NCBI GenBank assembly: GCA_036785375.1
Contig: JAWMAR010000276.1
Span: 372,001-436,000 of the forward strand
Origin: Leucoraja ocellata
Taxonomy: Eukaryota
DNA length: 64,000 nt
Reading direction: 5' to 3'
Shown here piece by piece: positions 62,365-64,000 of the stretch. The notes beneath the pieces were generated by a model that searched no databases, had not been told where the DNA came from, and saw nothing but the letters and a program-made list of their open reading frames with translations. The translations under genes and the position numbers were made by a program. The stretch's first letter is position 1, and each line of letters begins with the position of its first letter.

Positions 62365-62699
62365 ATATATAAAGTGGTCGGTAAAAATTCAGGAGTGAAT
62401 CAAAATGAACTGTAAATAATTATCACACTTTAACTGGGAAATAATCCATATATGGCAAGAAATAAAAATACACGTGTTCTCATTTTGAGGCCATTCTCAG
62501 GATTGAATTCTGAGCAAAAGAGGTTTTGAATCAGAGCCAACTAACTGGCATAACTGGTTCATTGAGCTACGGGACATAATTTTAATCACCTAATCTTACA
62601 TGTTCTGATTTTATCACTCTTAGGAACCTCGATAGTCTCAAGTATGGTCTTGAGAACTATAAAATAGTCTCAAGGAGTTCAACTCATCAAGAACAGAGC

Positions 62700-62880
62700 A
62701 GTCCACTTGATTGGTACACAATGCACCCCGAGATTTCATTCTATCTACTACCATCACACTATGGCTGCAGTATTCACCACCTACAAAATATACAGCCGTT
62801 ATTTCAATAACACCTTCCACACCTGCCACCTCCGTTAGCGAGGACAAGGACAACAGATACTTGGGAATACCATCACCTAT
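62700..62880 (+). mobile_element. Old LINE 3' fragment
   Basis: TGGCTGCAGT...ACCTACAAAAT...CACCTTCCA...AGGACAAGG...GGGAATACCATCACCT, related to 28260-28590. Confidence 0.45.
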
Positions 62881-63016
62881 AAACCTCTTTTATGTAGAGA
62901 CAGAAAAGAGAAAGTTAATCATGCATGATTTCTCTTCTTCACAATCCACCACAAAATGCATAATTGGAAAATGAAGGTGGTCAGATTTAGCACCAATTAA
63001 CGAATGAGTAGACTAA

Positions 63017-63238
63017 TGCCCCTGTCCCACTTAGGAAACCTGAACGGAAACCGAGACTTTGCGCCCCACCCAAGGTTTACGTGCGGTTCCTGGTGGTTGC
63101 AGGTGGTTGCCGGAGGTTGCAGGTAGTGAAAGCAGGTAGGGAGACTGACAAAAACCTCCGGGAATCGCACGGAAACCTTGGTTGGGGCGCAAAGTCTCCA
63201 GAGGTTTCCGTTCAGGTTTCCTAATTGGGACAGGGGCA
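63017..63238. mobile_element. Palindromic PIF/Harbinger-like MITE
   Basis: TIRs TGCCCCTGTCCCACTTAGGAAACCTGAACGGAAACC and GGTTTCCGTTCAGGTTTCCTAATTGGGACAGGGGCA, ~85-bp arms, TAA/TTA flanks. Confidence 0.9.
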
Positions 63239-64000
63239 TTATAGTTGATACTCAGTGTCACGACTCATTGGAGGATTGTTTTCTTGGATGAAGAACAATC
63301 CCAAGCATAAATAAAATGGACCAATGTAAAATACCATTTGCCATTCATATCCCAGACAAAAATAAATCATTGCTTACCAAGAGAACTTCAATGCCCACGA
63401 GCTTTAAAAAAGGACTGCAGAATAGTTCCCATCATTAATTTTACAGTTTGCTCAGCTGTCATTAGCTTCTTAGCCATAAATTTAGTCATACGATCAAATT
63501 TGTTGCAATGCCAGATCTGATAACAACAAAGCTCCTTCCGCACAATGTAACTGACAGTTCTATAAAATGGCAAATGCATTTCTCAGATTGCTATTGCTTT
63601 TCAATTGACACAAACACACGCAAAAAGCTCCAGAAATTATATAGATGAGGTAGTTACTACAAATCGGCAATTCCAATGCAGCAGCACAAAAATTTTGTTA
63701 AAGTGAAACCAATTTTAAACTTCGTGTCCGATTCAAATCAAGTATCTTCTCGGTCCAGATTTTATTGAGGCAATTTAAAAGTATTCACCACATCACACCA
63801 ACACAAATGATCAATAAAGATTCATCACTGGGTTGCCGATTTATACCACGGTGCAGGGTTGAACCATTATGTATGTCTATTCTATTCTCTTTCCACAAAA
63901 TGCATTCAGGACTGTATCAGAAAATAACGGGGACCTGGAAGCACAGTGCAACAGGCACTACCTTTCAATCCAGGACCTCAGATCAAATCCAGTCCATGTC

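Overview
This is non-coding, repeat-rich vertebrate nuclear DNA (a large intron or intergenic region). The repeat families (HE1/V-SINE-type tRNA SINEs with CR1-like tails, Deu-type SINE remnant, CR1, L2, Rex1/Babar, Penelope-like elements) suggest a cartilaginous fish, probably a skate or ray (inference). I recognise no host protein-coding exon; every interpretable ORF is transposon-derived. Contents: two Tc1 remnants, many CR1 fragments, a young 5'-truncated Rex1 RT copy with one frameshift, an L2 3' fragment, Penelope-like (GIY-YIG) remnants, PIF/Harbinger-like MITEs, SINEs and a 150-N gap. Three signals stand out. (1) About a dozen Penelope pLTR copies carry a minimal hammerhead-ribozyme motif (CUGAAGA-stem II-GAAACGUH). 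(2) Several of these are ~160-200 bp fold-back, pLTR-only insertions with their own 12-15 bp target-site duplications. (3) A divergent, apparently non-autonomous GC-rich retroelement family with Rex1-like tails is present in 4 copies. A few splice-site-bounded exon candidates are reported at low confidence. I see no convincing evidence of a wholly new biological system. Boundaries of old repeats are approximate.
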